DNA from: Trypanosoma brucei
Taxonomy: Eukaryota
Reading direction: 5' to 3'
Assembly: GCA_000002445.1 (NCBI GenBank)
Contig: CH464491.1
Coordinates: 3,552,001 to 3,616,000, forward strand
Length of the DNA stretch: 64,000 nt
In this document: in pieces, positions 21,190 to 31,600 of the stretch
Numbering within the stretch: the stretch's first letter is position 1
Layout of the letters: each line of letters begins with the position of its first letter
Translations under genes and position numbers: made by a program
Notes under the pieces: generated by a model
Seen by the model: the letters and a program-made list of their open reading frames with translations, nothing else
Databases searched by the model: none
What the model was told of the DNA's origin: nothing

Positions 21190-21621
21190 TCACCCTTTGC
21201 AACCATCCGCGTCGTCAAACGGTGCCCCACCGTAGCATTCCCGCCATTCGGCAAAACTCCCAACAAAGTTCTTCACGTAACGATAACCTAATCCCTCTGC
21301 AATTTCAGTGGCGGTGGCGGATCGCACACCCCTCTCACAGTAAAATATCAACTCTGCTTCGTCCTTACGTGGCTTTGGGTGTCCGAAAGTCTTCACAAAC
21401 TCTTCCTCGTCCACCTCGTCACTTAACGCAGCTGGCAATGCATTCAGTGGAATATTGACAGCGGTTGGAATAAGACCTGTCGCTGCAACCTCCCCTGTTG
21501 AACGCACATCCACGATGATTTTATTTGCTGCTGCCCGGCTTCCGCCAAGCTTTGACCTCACTACAGCCAGCACTTGAGGTGCAGTGATGGTCGCTAATGC
21601 ACGCGGCGTTACGAAAAACAT
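21190..21621 (-). CDS. Rhodanese-domain protein (~143 aa) with CERGVRS active-site loop
   Basis: Tool ORF begins with GTG at 21708. ATG at 21619-21621 gives MFFVTPRALATITAPQ. Rhodanese motifs IIVDVRSTGE...FYCERGVRSATA...FAEWRE with catalytic Cys present. Paralogous to the neighbouring gene at 20275-20688. Confidence 0.6.
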   Translation of the reverse strand: MFFVTPRALATITAPQVLAVVRSKLGGSRAAANKIIVDVRSTGEVAATGLIPTAVNIPLNALPAALSDEVDEEEFVKTFGHPKPRKDEAELIFYCERGVRSATATEIAEGLGYRYVKNFVGSFAEWRECYGGAPFDDADGCKG

Positions 21622-24001
21622 TTCCAGTGAGTCGTTTTTTTGTCCTGTTTGCGCTCTTGCGTCCTCGCCTGAGACAATAGCAGAGTTTTGTCCCGGTACA
21701 AGCAGCACTTTCCCTCTTTACTAGTTCCCAGGCAAAAAAAAAAAACAGAAGGAGAGGGATAGGGAGAAGGACACTTTGATTTTTTTTTTTTTTGCAGAGC
21801 TTGCAAGTCCTCACGTCTTTTTTCCCCCATTCCGTGTGCAAGCCCGATAAAGGACGAATGGGAATAAACCATTTAACCAGAGAAATACTGTATAATAATA
21901 TAGCCTCTTACACTCACTTATAAAACCATTTTTTTTTTTTTGTTACCACCCTATTCGTCTCCTTTCCAAATATCACAATTCATTTAACACAATAGTGAGA
22001 TGAATTACACACCGCCCCTTCCTCAGTTCTATCATCGCTATTCCCCTCCCTTATCTTTTGCCAACCATTGCCTTTGCGGGAATCCACATTAAAAGAATTG
22101 TCACCACACGTCATACCTAAGTACAAAACACCATCTGTTGATATCATTCCATTCCATTCCACTTCCTTTTCTTTCCCTCACCCTCAACCTTCCCACCGTT
22201 TCCATCGGTTAGCTACGGTCTGTCGTAACCGTTTCTTCCCTCCATGCTACGGTAGGGTACCGCAGAATATAACTCAAAGACACAAAACGATACCATGCCC
22301 AACAATTTCTCTCCACACTAAAAAACAACAGCAACAACAGCAGCACAAAGTGTGTGTTTTTCTAAAAAAAAAAAAAACGCCCCCTAAAAAAAAAAAATGG
22401 GCGAAACCGGTTGGGGACAGTTTCCCCTTTTGTTTCTTCTGCTTGTCACCCAATCCAGCTCACTGAATCAACGTGACTGCCCTTCACATTTTCATTACTT
22501 TTGTCAGTTAATGATAATCTCACTCGAAGGAGGTGAATGTTAGAGAAAACAACTAAACAACGACAAAAAGCAGCCTCCCCATATTTCCACTTTCCTCTCC
22601 ATCCTCACAAAAATATCAACATCATCCCTCCCCACACCATCGTTTTTGTTGTTATTATTATTACTTTCGTTATTCACTTATTAAACTTTACATCATGAAG
22701 ATCTCCGGGAGAGAAAGTGCATATACACACAAAGAGTCGAGTGCGAGGGGCCCTGCTGGAACCGGTCGGTCGCACATCCACTTTGCGGTGACCGTCAGCT
22801 ACGGTTGTAATAATTCCCATGTGGGAACTTCTTTCCTCCCTCTCCCCCCTTGGCCTATCTCTTTTCTCAGCATCCCGAGACACCCCGCCCCTGCTGCTAT
22901 TACCACGCGCCAACCCAAGTGAAAACAAAGAAGAAAAAAAACTGTGGTAAAAGGACATGACTATTACCTAAAGCAATAACCACAAAACAAAGTGACGCTA
23001 GCAACAAACAAGCACACAAAACTGCAATATAGAAAGGTAAGAAGGTTAGGGCATACCAAAGTTGCCAAAAAAATGTAAAAGGAATGCCAAAATCACCGAG
23101 GATGGGGCCAGACGCAGGAACAAAAGCAAGAATAAAGTAAGTCTGCCGCCGAGTATAAGCCCCGAACGCGCAAATCTTACCTTGTATTCTCGTCCCTGCC
23201 TCACAAACAAGCGTATGTGTACGCGTTCCCCTCCACACCCCTTTTGGCCAACTCATAGAAAACACTCCCGTTTAGCTACTTATTTACTTCCTCCTTTGGT
23301 TGTAGAGCCGGACGCGACGCGTACCCGGAGAACGATTCTTCAGGGAGAAGTAAAAGCAGAACATAATGCAAAAAAAAAAAAAATGAAAAAGATGTCGAAA
23401 ATGAGGCTGGTGACAAGCCCTTTGCAGGGCCGGCGCCTTTTCGCATCTCATATTGTGTTTGATAAATGATGTTTTTCTCTCCCTTTTCCCTGGGGAAGAA
23501 GGAAAAGAACCAGAATTGCAAAAAGAAAAAAGAAGACAACAACTATCTGAAATGAAAACAGAGAAAAAAATACACATTGCGCATACACTAACAATAAATA
23601 TCCCCACCCATGTATGGGAAAGAACGGCAACAACACCAAAAGAAAATAGAATATAAGCACAAAAAGGGAGAAAAAGAACCTGAATAAAAGAAGTGTTCAT
23701 ACTCGTACACATCTGCAGCTCCCCACACAAAATGTCACTGGCATATTGGAGGAAAGGATTCAATAAATAGGAATAACACGGTGGAGCTTTTATTATTATT
23801 ATTTTCTTTAGTTCCTGGAAATGCATTGATTTTCTGTAGATTTCCCCCTGCCTGTCTTTAACAAACTAGTGAACCTTCAATGGCCTACATTACCGCAAGT
23901 AGCGGTGGTGTTCCCACTATAAAGGTGGGGAATTGACCCAGAATCCACTTCCCTGCAGCTTTCCGGCATCACTTTTTTACATACAACCAATTAATTGAGC
24001 A

Positions 24002-26521
24002 CTATTTCTCCCGTCTGCGGACGACAAAGGCCACCGTATTCAAGGGCGATCCATTGAACTTGAATCGAGACTCCAACATGTTTCCGCTTTTATCGATGAA
24101 GGACAAAAGACAAGGGGTAGTACGTAGATTGACCTTGTCTCGTGCATAGGTTGCGGAGTAGAGCGCGCTAAAGCATATCTCCGAAACCGCACTGTACTCC
24201 TCCCCTATTTCGCTCTTGAGGATGTAATGGTGTCTGTCTAACAAGTCAACCTCGACAACGAAGGTACAGTATCGAGCAAGGGATGTCCAACGCACTAGGC
24301 ATTCCAGGGGTTCACGCTCTCCGGTGGTTGCGGCAAGAAGGTGACGCATGATCACGAAATCGTACATTTTTCCACCAACGCTACCACCATCAAAGACTTT
24401 ATCAATCCGGATATTACCGCAAAGCACGGTGCGTGACTTATTACTGCTGGTAGAGAGCCCTATGTTACAAGGCTTTGCGCACAACAGCCGTTGTGCAGCA
24501 GGGTTTTTCATAATTCGATCTGCTTCCCGCGACGTTGGCAGTTCACACGTTTTCTGCCGATGGTTGGTGGGCTTTGGAAGAACAATAAGAACGCTAATGG
24601 TACCCGTGGCAGCACCTTCAGCACCATAGACCCCGCGTTCCGGGAAACCGAAGCGTTTTGCATTATTTTCTGGTGTTATCCACTGCTCCCGTTCATAGTT
24701 AACCGCTACATCTTCCGTCTGGTAATCGAAGGCCTCGTTACGTAGCCAATCGCCCGACTCACTGTCACAGATGGGTGCACGCCTCCGCGCTTGCTCGATC
24801 TCCAAGCGCCTCCTTCGCCTCCTTTCCTGCTCCTCCGGTGGCATGTCCTTGAGGTAGCGTGTCCCCCCGAAGTTGTAATCCTTCAACTTGACGTTAAGTT
24901 TGTGCATGCCCATGGAGCCTTGGAGCATACCAATTTCATTTATGCATGCATTATCCAGGTGGGCGGCAAACATTCCCCAGAAGCTTTGCTCTTCCTTCTT
25001 GTTTACTTCACGGTCACCAAATGCTCCACACATCAGCTGCTTCGCTACATCGCACAAGTCAAAAAAGGCAAAGTTCATGGCAGACGTATTGTTCCAACTG
25101 AATCTTGTGCGGGTCGGGTTGGTCTCCTTTTGATGTTCCCATTCCTTTTTCACGAGTTGTAGCCAGTGTGTTCGACTCTGAGTCCATATGTTAACGAACT
25201 CTTCTCCAAACATTTTTTGGAGATTTTCCTTGTCAAGATAATGCCGCTTATTCATAGCTTCGTTCAAAATATCGCCCTTCTCGCTGAACCCACCCAAATA
25301 ATGCATTTGCACATTGGTGTGCTTGTGGACTGGTATAATTTCTTCCGGTGCGCGCCGCGGTAGTCCATCAGCTACTTCCACCGGCTCACCAAACAGTTCC
25401 GTCATCAGCGATGCATTTTCTCGCACCAAGCCGTGCAACCTGGTGAGCATCGCAGCTGCACAGCCACGTAGGGCCCATGCACTTGCTGCACAACTAAACG
25501 GTGTCAAGGAAACCGGATATACCGGGGCAGGCTTATTGGTGTTTTCTCCGTTGTCCTTCTGCTCAATATGGTTGAAAGAGAGCGACGTGGATTTTTCTTC
25601 CTTAGCCTTCTTAAGGCGCCTCCGGTATTCCTCCACGCAAGGTTGCTCCCCCAGAGCCGCCCTATAGTAGAACACACACGACAACCGATTCCAGGTAGCG
25701 TTGGCCTCCTTGGCCTCTAGCTCCGTGTTTGAGTGGAACAGGTGCGTGTCGAAGAGTAAGACATCTGTTGGCTGCATGTTGAAGCAAACACCATAGTCAT
25801 CGAGGGCTAGGCTAAGACCACTATACTCACCTTTGAGCACAGCTAGGACACCATAACCGTTATCGAAGTCGCCATTGTCTGTGTGTGAGGCGGTGCGAAA
25901 CCGCTCATTGACTGTCAGTGTCGAAAAAGGAGAACCGTGGATGCGTACTACGTCCGGCACCGCTGCATCCTGTGCTTTCCAGTGGTCTGGAAGAGCAGCC
26001 TTATAAATTGCGCTCGTATAGTCAATCATAGGGAACACACTTCGCCACTCTTTAGTGTGCTCGTAGGTAAAGGAGGTCTTGCGACACTTCAGTTCCACGG
26101 GGGTACCACGGTAGTCGAAATAACCAGCAATGCCACTATTAGGGGAAACCCCACCGAACAGTGCCGAACGAAGGGAGGTACGCGCCACCGCGCACTCAAG
26201 GACGTCCGCTGCCATAGAGGTTGCGAACGATGGTAGAGCCTTTGGTATTAACACCCCACAGACCTTTCCCTTTGCGTTTCTGAACACTGTGGTACCATGG
26301 AAGTCAACTGTATGGTCGGCGTTGTTGTGAAATGGATGCTTTTTCACAGCCTCCTGAAAGGCCTTTTCGGCCTTCTCCCTCGCCTCGGCATCAATCTGGG
26401 AACCCTGCATGTAGTGGTTAAAGGCGTACACCACATCATTCGACGGTTGATAAACGTCCCAGCCGGGTTTCATGGAGTCATCTGCTTTCTCCCTCAGTAC
26501 CTTCTTCACCTGCCTTCGCAT
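24002..26521 (-). CDS. JBP1: J-binding protein 1 (thymidine hydroxylase, Tet/JBP family; base J biosynthesis), 839 aa
   Basis: N-terminal region matches JBP1 (AFQEAVKKHPFHNNADHTVDFHGT..GKVCGVLIPKALPSFATSMAADVL, compared with Leishmania JBP1 YAEAVKSHPFYDN..VVDF..GVVLREALPKYAASMASELL). Fe/2OG signature RTASHTDNG...FDTHLFH. Tool ORF begins with GTG at 26530. Real ATG at 26519-26521 gives exactly 839 aa, the T. brucei JBP1 length. Confidence 0.9.
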   Translation of the reverse strand: MRRQVKKVLREKADDSMKPGWDVYQPSNDVVYAFNHYMQGSQIDAEAREKAEKAFQEAVKKHPFHNNADHTVDFHGTTVFRNAKGKVCGVLIPKALPSFATSMAADVLECAVARTSLRSALFGGVSPNSGIAGYFDYRGTPVELKCRKTSFTYEHTKEWRSVFPMIDYTSAIYKAALPDHWKAQDAAVPDVVRIHGSPFSTLTVNERFRTASHTDNGDFDNGYGVLAVLKGEYSGLSLALDDYGVCFNMQPTDVLLFDTHLFHSNTELEAKEANATWNRLSCVFYYRAALGEQPCVEEYRRRLKKAKEEKSTSLSFNHIEQKDNGENTNKPAPVYPVSLTPFSCAASAWALRGCAAAMLTRLHGLVRENASLMTELFGEPVEVADGLPRRAPEEIIPVHKHTNVQMHYLGGFSEKGDILNEAMNKRHYLDKENLQKMFGEEFVNIWTQSRTHWLQLVKKEWEHQKETNPTRTRFSWNNTSAMNFAFFDLCDVAKQLMCGAFGDREVNKKEEQSFWGMFAAHLDNACINEIGMLQGSMGMHKLNVKLKDYNFGGTRYLKDMPPEEQERRRRRRLEIEQARRRAPICDSESGDWLRNEAFDYQTEDVAVNYEREQWITPENNAKRFGFPERGVYGAEGAATGTISVLIVLPKPTNHRQKTCELPTSREADRIMKNPAAQRLLCAKPCNIGLSTSSNKSRTVLCGNIRIDKVFDGGSVGGKMYDFVIMRHLLAATTGEREPLECLVRWTSLARYCTFVVEVDLLDRHHYILKSEIGEEYSAVSEICFSALYSATYARDKVNLRTTPCLLSFIDKSGNMLESRFKFNGSPLNTVAFVVRRREK

Positions 26522-27164
26522 TCGTCCCACCGCGTCTTCTTTTCCACCAGCTCCTCTATGTCCAGGACGTTATTTTTTCTTTTTCAAATCGTGCCGCACG
26601 TGAAACGGTACCCCGGTGACTCCGCACAAAATACGCCCCAACGCTGCCAGCTAGCCCCCTTCCCGGAGTCAAAGGATTGAAGCTCGTGCGGGGCCTTTGT
26701 CTGCTGTAGCTGCCTTTCATCAGATAAAGAAGCATGATTGGTGGAAAAGAGTGTTGGCAGCAGCTTGAAAAGGAGGGAAACCAACGATAGTATCCAAGGA
26801 ACAAGGTATGGGAAGAAAATGCAGCGATCAGCCATAACCGGCCGGGGAAAAAACTAAAAAAAATATAGGAAGAGGGGAGAATGATGGTGTCCGAGCTAAA
26901 CAAATAACAAGCCAATCGAGTCACCCGCTTACGATCACTCCTCTACATTGTACAACACTTGTGTGATTGATCACACAATAGAATGACTCGCAGCGATAAG
27001 GGTGCCATCATAAAACGGCTGGTGATGGTGTGTGGAGAAGCGGCAACGCAGCGTTAAGACGATAAGAACATAAGGCAGATGAATTCGTGCACCCGCGCAG
27101 GTGCAATACACTCGTACCTTTTGTGTGTACTACACAATAGATAAAGAAATAGAGCGGATTAGAC

Positions 27165-27524
27165 TCAGCTTGAGAATAGAAAGTATATAATAATGGCCAC
27201 GATAGAAGACGTCACCGCAATAAGCTCAAGGGAAAAGGCGCTGGTGGTTGATGTTTCGGAAGAGGCTTTCAAGATCTTTACGTCCTCGGGGCTCAACCTG
27301 CCCACACAATATTTTTTGAGCTCTTCCTTCGCCATGTCACTGTGCCCAACCGAATTAAAGTCATCTGTCCCATCTTTACCGGCCACCCCAAGGAGTGTGT
27401 CTACGCCACCAGGATGTTGGCTAACGTACTTGGTGACATCATAAACTTTCTCGTCAATGCTGATCCACAAATCACCTTCTGCCGCATGCTTTTGAAGCTC
27501 TTTCAGCGATACAAACCCCTCCAT
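27165..27524 (-). CDS. Cytochrome b5 (tail-anchored), 119 aa
   Basis: ATG at 27522-27524. Classic heme-binding core VYDVTKYVSQHPGGVDTLLGVAGKDGTDDFNSVGHS. C-terminal hydrophobic anchor IAVTSSIVAIIIYFLF. Confidence 0.8.
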   Translation of the reverse strand: MEGFVSLKELQKHAAEGDLWISIDEKVYDVTKYVSQHPGGVDTLLGVAGKDGTDDFNSVGHSDMAKEELKKYCVGRLSPEDVKILKASSETSTTSAFSLELIAVTSSIVAIIIYFLFSS

Positions 27525-27891
27525 GTATATATATATATAAATAAATATATATGTTTTCCTTTTGCCCGGCGGCTGCCAAAATCTGTGACTTGTTATTCTT
27601 CTTGAGTAAAGTCTCGATTAGTGAGAAGGAAGAGAAAAGGAAGAATAAAAATGCTGACGGCCTCTACTAGCCGTTTCTTACCCTACTTCATTTGTGTTTT
27701 TGTGGTTTCTGTTGCTCTTTTACCTGACGTTCAGTGCGAAGCTTCACTCCGCAGTTTTAACCACCTGCCCCACGATCCTTCGGGAGATACAGCTGTAACG
27801 TCAACCCCATGACGATGGCAAGCCGGAAGTAGGAAGAAACCACGGCACCACTCACTCTTCAACTTTGCACATTGCCAGTGCCTCCGCACAT

Positions 27892-28299
27892 TTAGATCCC
27901 AACTCTTGCGGGAGTACCAGGCATGGCGCCTAATCGCACCATCTCGGCAATCGTAACAAACTCAACGAACCCGATGCGCCGCCGCGCTCCGTCACAGCGT
28001 TCCCTCTGGGAGTAGCCTTCATACGGTGGTGGGGGTGGCATGCAAGCTTCCTGGTGAAGTCGGCACTCAATGTGATACAACTCGGGGTTCATCACACCTC
28101 TAAGCACATCCGGCGGAACGGTTATATGATTTCCTGCACCCTTGCGCTGCTGCTGCTGCCGCTTCTGCTTTTGCTGCCGGAAGACTCGCATTTCCACCTT
28201 CTCTAAGTTGGAGCTAAGATCCTTCAGGCATGCCTTCATGCGCCGCTCACGGATGCTCTTCCGTGCACGCCTCACAAGCTTCATCTTAGGGTGGCTCAT
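27892..28299 (-). CDS. Small basic hypothetical protein, 135 aa
   Basis: ATG at 28297-28299. Highly basic N-terminus (MSHPKMKLVRRARKSIRERRMK), polyQ/K stretch and PPPPPYEGY motif. Confidence 0.4.
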   Translation of the reverse strand: MSHPKMKLVRRARKSIRERRMKACLKDLSSNLEKVEMRVFRQQKQKRQQQQRKGAGNHITVPPDVLRGVMNPELYHIECRLHQEACMPPPPPYEGYSQRERCDGARRRIGFVEFVTIAEMVRLGAMPGTPARVGI

Positions 28300-28687
28300 C
28301 TACCTTTTGGTTGTTGAGCACTTTCCAGCCACACTTACTTTGTAGAGGCCGTGTGCAGGCGATAGGGCGCATGGAAAAGGTGTGAAAGGGAAGATGCCAA
28401 CAGGGCTCGCATAGTCCCGCATCATTTGCAACCAGGGAGTAGTAGCGTGATAGAGACAGGATGACAAATCTACATTAACTTACATATGTGCGGCCAAGTG
28501 GAAAAAGAGTCCACCTTTGAACACAAAAAAACCCTTTCAAAGGAAAAGAAAGAAATGCTTGTGAAAGGCGGTTATCTTCACTCGGTTGTTCTGCTTTTAA
28601 GAACTTCCTTGCAACGGAGTACATACCGAGATGTTACAGTACAAATATTAACCTCTACATTTTGCCGTCCCCCGTAGTTTCCACTTC

Positions 28688-31600
28688 TCACGGTGCAGTG
28701 GCAATTTCACATTCCATGAACCGTACATATGGGATCGGAATTGGTTCTTTGTGCTGCTGCTTCTGTAAACGACGAAACTTGCGTACGGAACACGTACACT
28801 TTACCTCATAAAGATATGCCACATGATCCACATCCAGCGTGCGGTAGCCGAAAAGCGGGTTAACAGGAAGCCGCCATGACAAACATCGCATAACGATAGC
28901 GTTTACCCAGTGCGTAATGTTCTGTTTTTGCGCGGGGTCGTCGTCTTCAAAGTTAACACGAACACCAGCAGCGCAGGCTGTGAGGCGAATACCGACGTTA
29001 CATTCTTGAGGCCTACACTTCTCTACCTCACTTTCCACAGCTTCCATGACAATACCGTCGATACCCTTGTTGTTCTGCGTCAACACGAAGTAAATCGTTC
29101 TTTTGAAGAGTATCTCCTTCAGGGGGCCGGCTTGCACCAGAATGTTCTTGAAAACACTGAACATATCCGGCTGAACGACAGCGCTCCCTACCGCAAATCG
29201 CATGACGACATGAACTTCCTTTGAGTCCCTCTCGCGTCTCAGTTTGTCGCGTGCATCGGAGTCTAGTGGGCAGGTGTGAATGGGGATGAGCTCTGCAGTA
29301 AATGGCAACTCGCGGTCGAGCTCCTTCCTCGCCGCGGCATACGTTTGCTCATCGACTACAGACTGCATCTGTGACACTACGTAGGTGGCCAAAGACCTCC
29401 AGTCTCGCTGCTCCGCAGTAGTCTCAATACCCCCCCGCAGTATAGCGGCCTTTGTGTGAGCCGAAACACGTGGCAACCGTCCATCGAAGGCCTTCTTCAG
29501 GATGTCAGTGAAAACACGCCGCTGTTGTGGTTTGTAAGGGAATCGCAACGTGTTGCCCGTGCTGCTTGCCAAGCAAGCAAAACCACAGGTCATCGGAGTG
29601 ATAGGTTCCAAATCGAAGGCAACAACACGCTGCAACCCTACAGGCGTCATATGTCGCTGGAAAATTAGCTGCATAAGCTCCCCGACCTCGCACAGTGTGT
29701 TTGCGTACGGGTTGACAAAAAGATTCTCGCACGGCAGAATGAAGTTCATTCCCGCCTCATTTTGCCTGTACAAACGTTCATATTCCTCCGTAGATTCGAT
29801 GGCTAGCTTTATCTCCCGGATGATCATCAGAACTTCTGTATCGTATTCTGCTTCGCACGCCATGCGAAGGTTTGCTTCCTCATCCTCTGTCTCCGCCACC
29901 GCCCAACGGAACATTTCATCCCTTTGCCGAGCTGCCATTTCAGCCTCCTGCGTCGCTTTTTTGCTCATTATGACAACTTGCTTCTTTTTCGACTTGCGAG
30001 CCTTTGGTTGTGGCATGGTCTCGCGGAAGTTTTGTATCATTTGCCGGTAGCCCAGCCCACGCTCGAGGTCAATGTGAGCCCTTTGGCTCCCCTCTGAAAT
30101 AGATATGTGAAGGCTGTGGAGAGAAACTAGGATGGGTTGGCGTATCTCCATCCTTCCACCGTAACCACTAACGTACACAAATGACGTCGCATTTTGGTCA
30201 AGTTCTGCGATCGACTTAGTAATGGCCACTCTTTCAGGGTTGAGTAGGTGAGTAACTTCGTAACCCTGTCGCCTCAGCATCGACGACAACTCCTCTAGAT
30301 TATCATTTATTGACGGTATCGACTCCGCTTCTATATCATGAAGCGAGATGAGCAGCGCAGACAACCTTTCCCTAGCCTTGAGGAGAGGGTTTGCTCGAAG
30401 CACAGCGATCTCTTCAACCCGACGTTCCTGAACCTGTTTCTCATTAGCCAGGCGCAGCGCTTCCATTCGACCCATTTGTGCTCTCCAGTTCCTCTGAATC
30501 AGAACTGCAGCCCTTTCGTATGTCGCTATGTACAAGCGCCTGTTAAATAATGCTATGGAGGCTGCCTCATCGGCTGTTGCACGACCAGATAGATGATGAA
30601 TAATGTGAAGACTGGAACCGAATTCAGCGTTAAGTAAGTGATTGTGCAGCACGGCGCTAAGAAGCCACGGCTTCCCGCTGTTCTGCAGGGAACGAACAAG
30701 GTCCTCAGTTACGATGCTCTTTCCGCTCACGGTTATAGGTCCCAGTTTCCATGTCGTGAAGGGCTTTAGGGTGTCAGAAAGAAGAACGGAGTCCACACTG
30801 TTTATCATATGGTTTAGCATGATTTCTCTGCGCCCTTTGGTACCCGCCACCGCATAAGCATACTGCCACCGTAGCATACTTTGGTTGAATGTGGCGTCTG
30901 GTGGAAGCACGGGACCGTGCAGGTTGAGAAGAGTTACGTGGCAATCGCCAATTCTGATGACAAACATAAAATGACCAACGGGCTTCTCCAAGGACAGTGC
31001 TTCGTTGACTATCTCCTCAAACTGAACAAGGGTCTCCACATGTCTGAAACAACTTTCGGGCAGTGCCCTCCACGTTTTCCACTCCGGCCGAGCGTCACAT
31101 ATGTGCTGCTCGACGACCCTCAGTTCCACAGAAGCACCGGCTAGCACATCATATGGTACCTCGCGCACAACACCTGATTGGCTGAATTCGCATGTGAACA
31201 CAACCGCAGCCAGCGAAACAGCATTGTTCATGTGGATGAAAACTTCATCCTGCGCAGTGGTATCTTGCCCCTCTTCGTGTGTTTCCTCCAGATACGGGTA
31301 CCAAAAAACATCATGACGACGAATTGCGCATGTTTTTTCACTGATCAGTAGTCCGTGGTTGCACCGGCCGCTTGAGTCTTGCAGCACATATGAGCCTGGC
31401 CCCTCATTCATCACCAACGTCGCGAGCGGCACGCCGCGTGCGGAGATGAAACACCGGGAGATTTCACCATAGAAAGGGCACTGCACTCTGTAGCTACGCA
31501 CGTTATGGCCACCGAGACAGATCCAATCATCGAATGGTATAAATTTCCCTGGTCCCTCCCGCACCAGGTAGAACAGCTCTTGCGGTGTGCCGTCAACTTT

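Noticed and set aside
21057-21266. ORF 21057..21266 overlapping the 3' end of the rhodanese gene, read as a possible frameshift continuation
   Set aside because: The rhodanese domain is complete and ends naturally after the FAEWRE motif. The overlapping ORF is Gly/Ser-rich with no homology signal.
22674-23826. ORFs 23284..23826 (180 aa), 22900..23265, 22674..22958 downstream of JBP1
   Set aside because: They are low-complexity translations of poly-T, poly-C and CT tracts (FFFFCIMFCFYFSL...). They lie in an obvious UTR/intergenic region.
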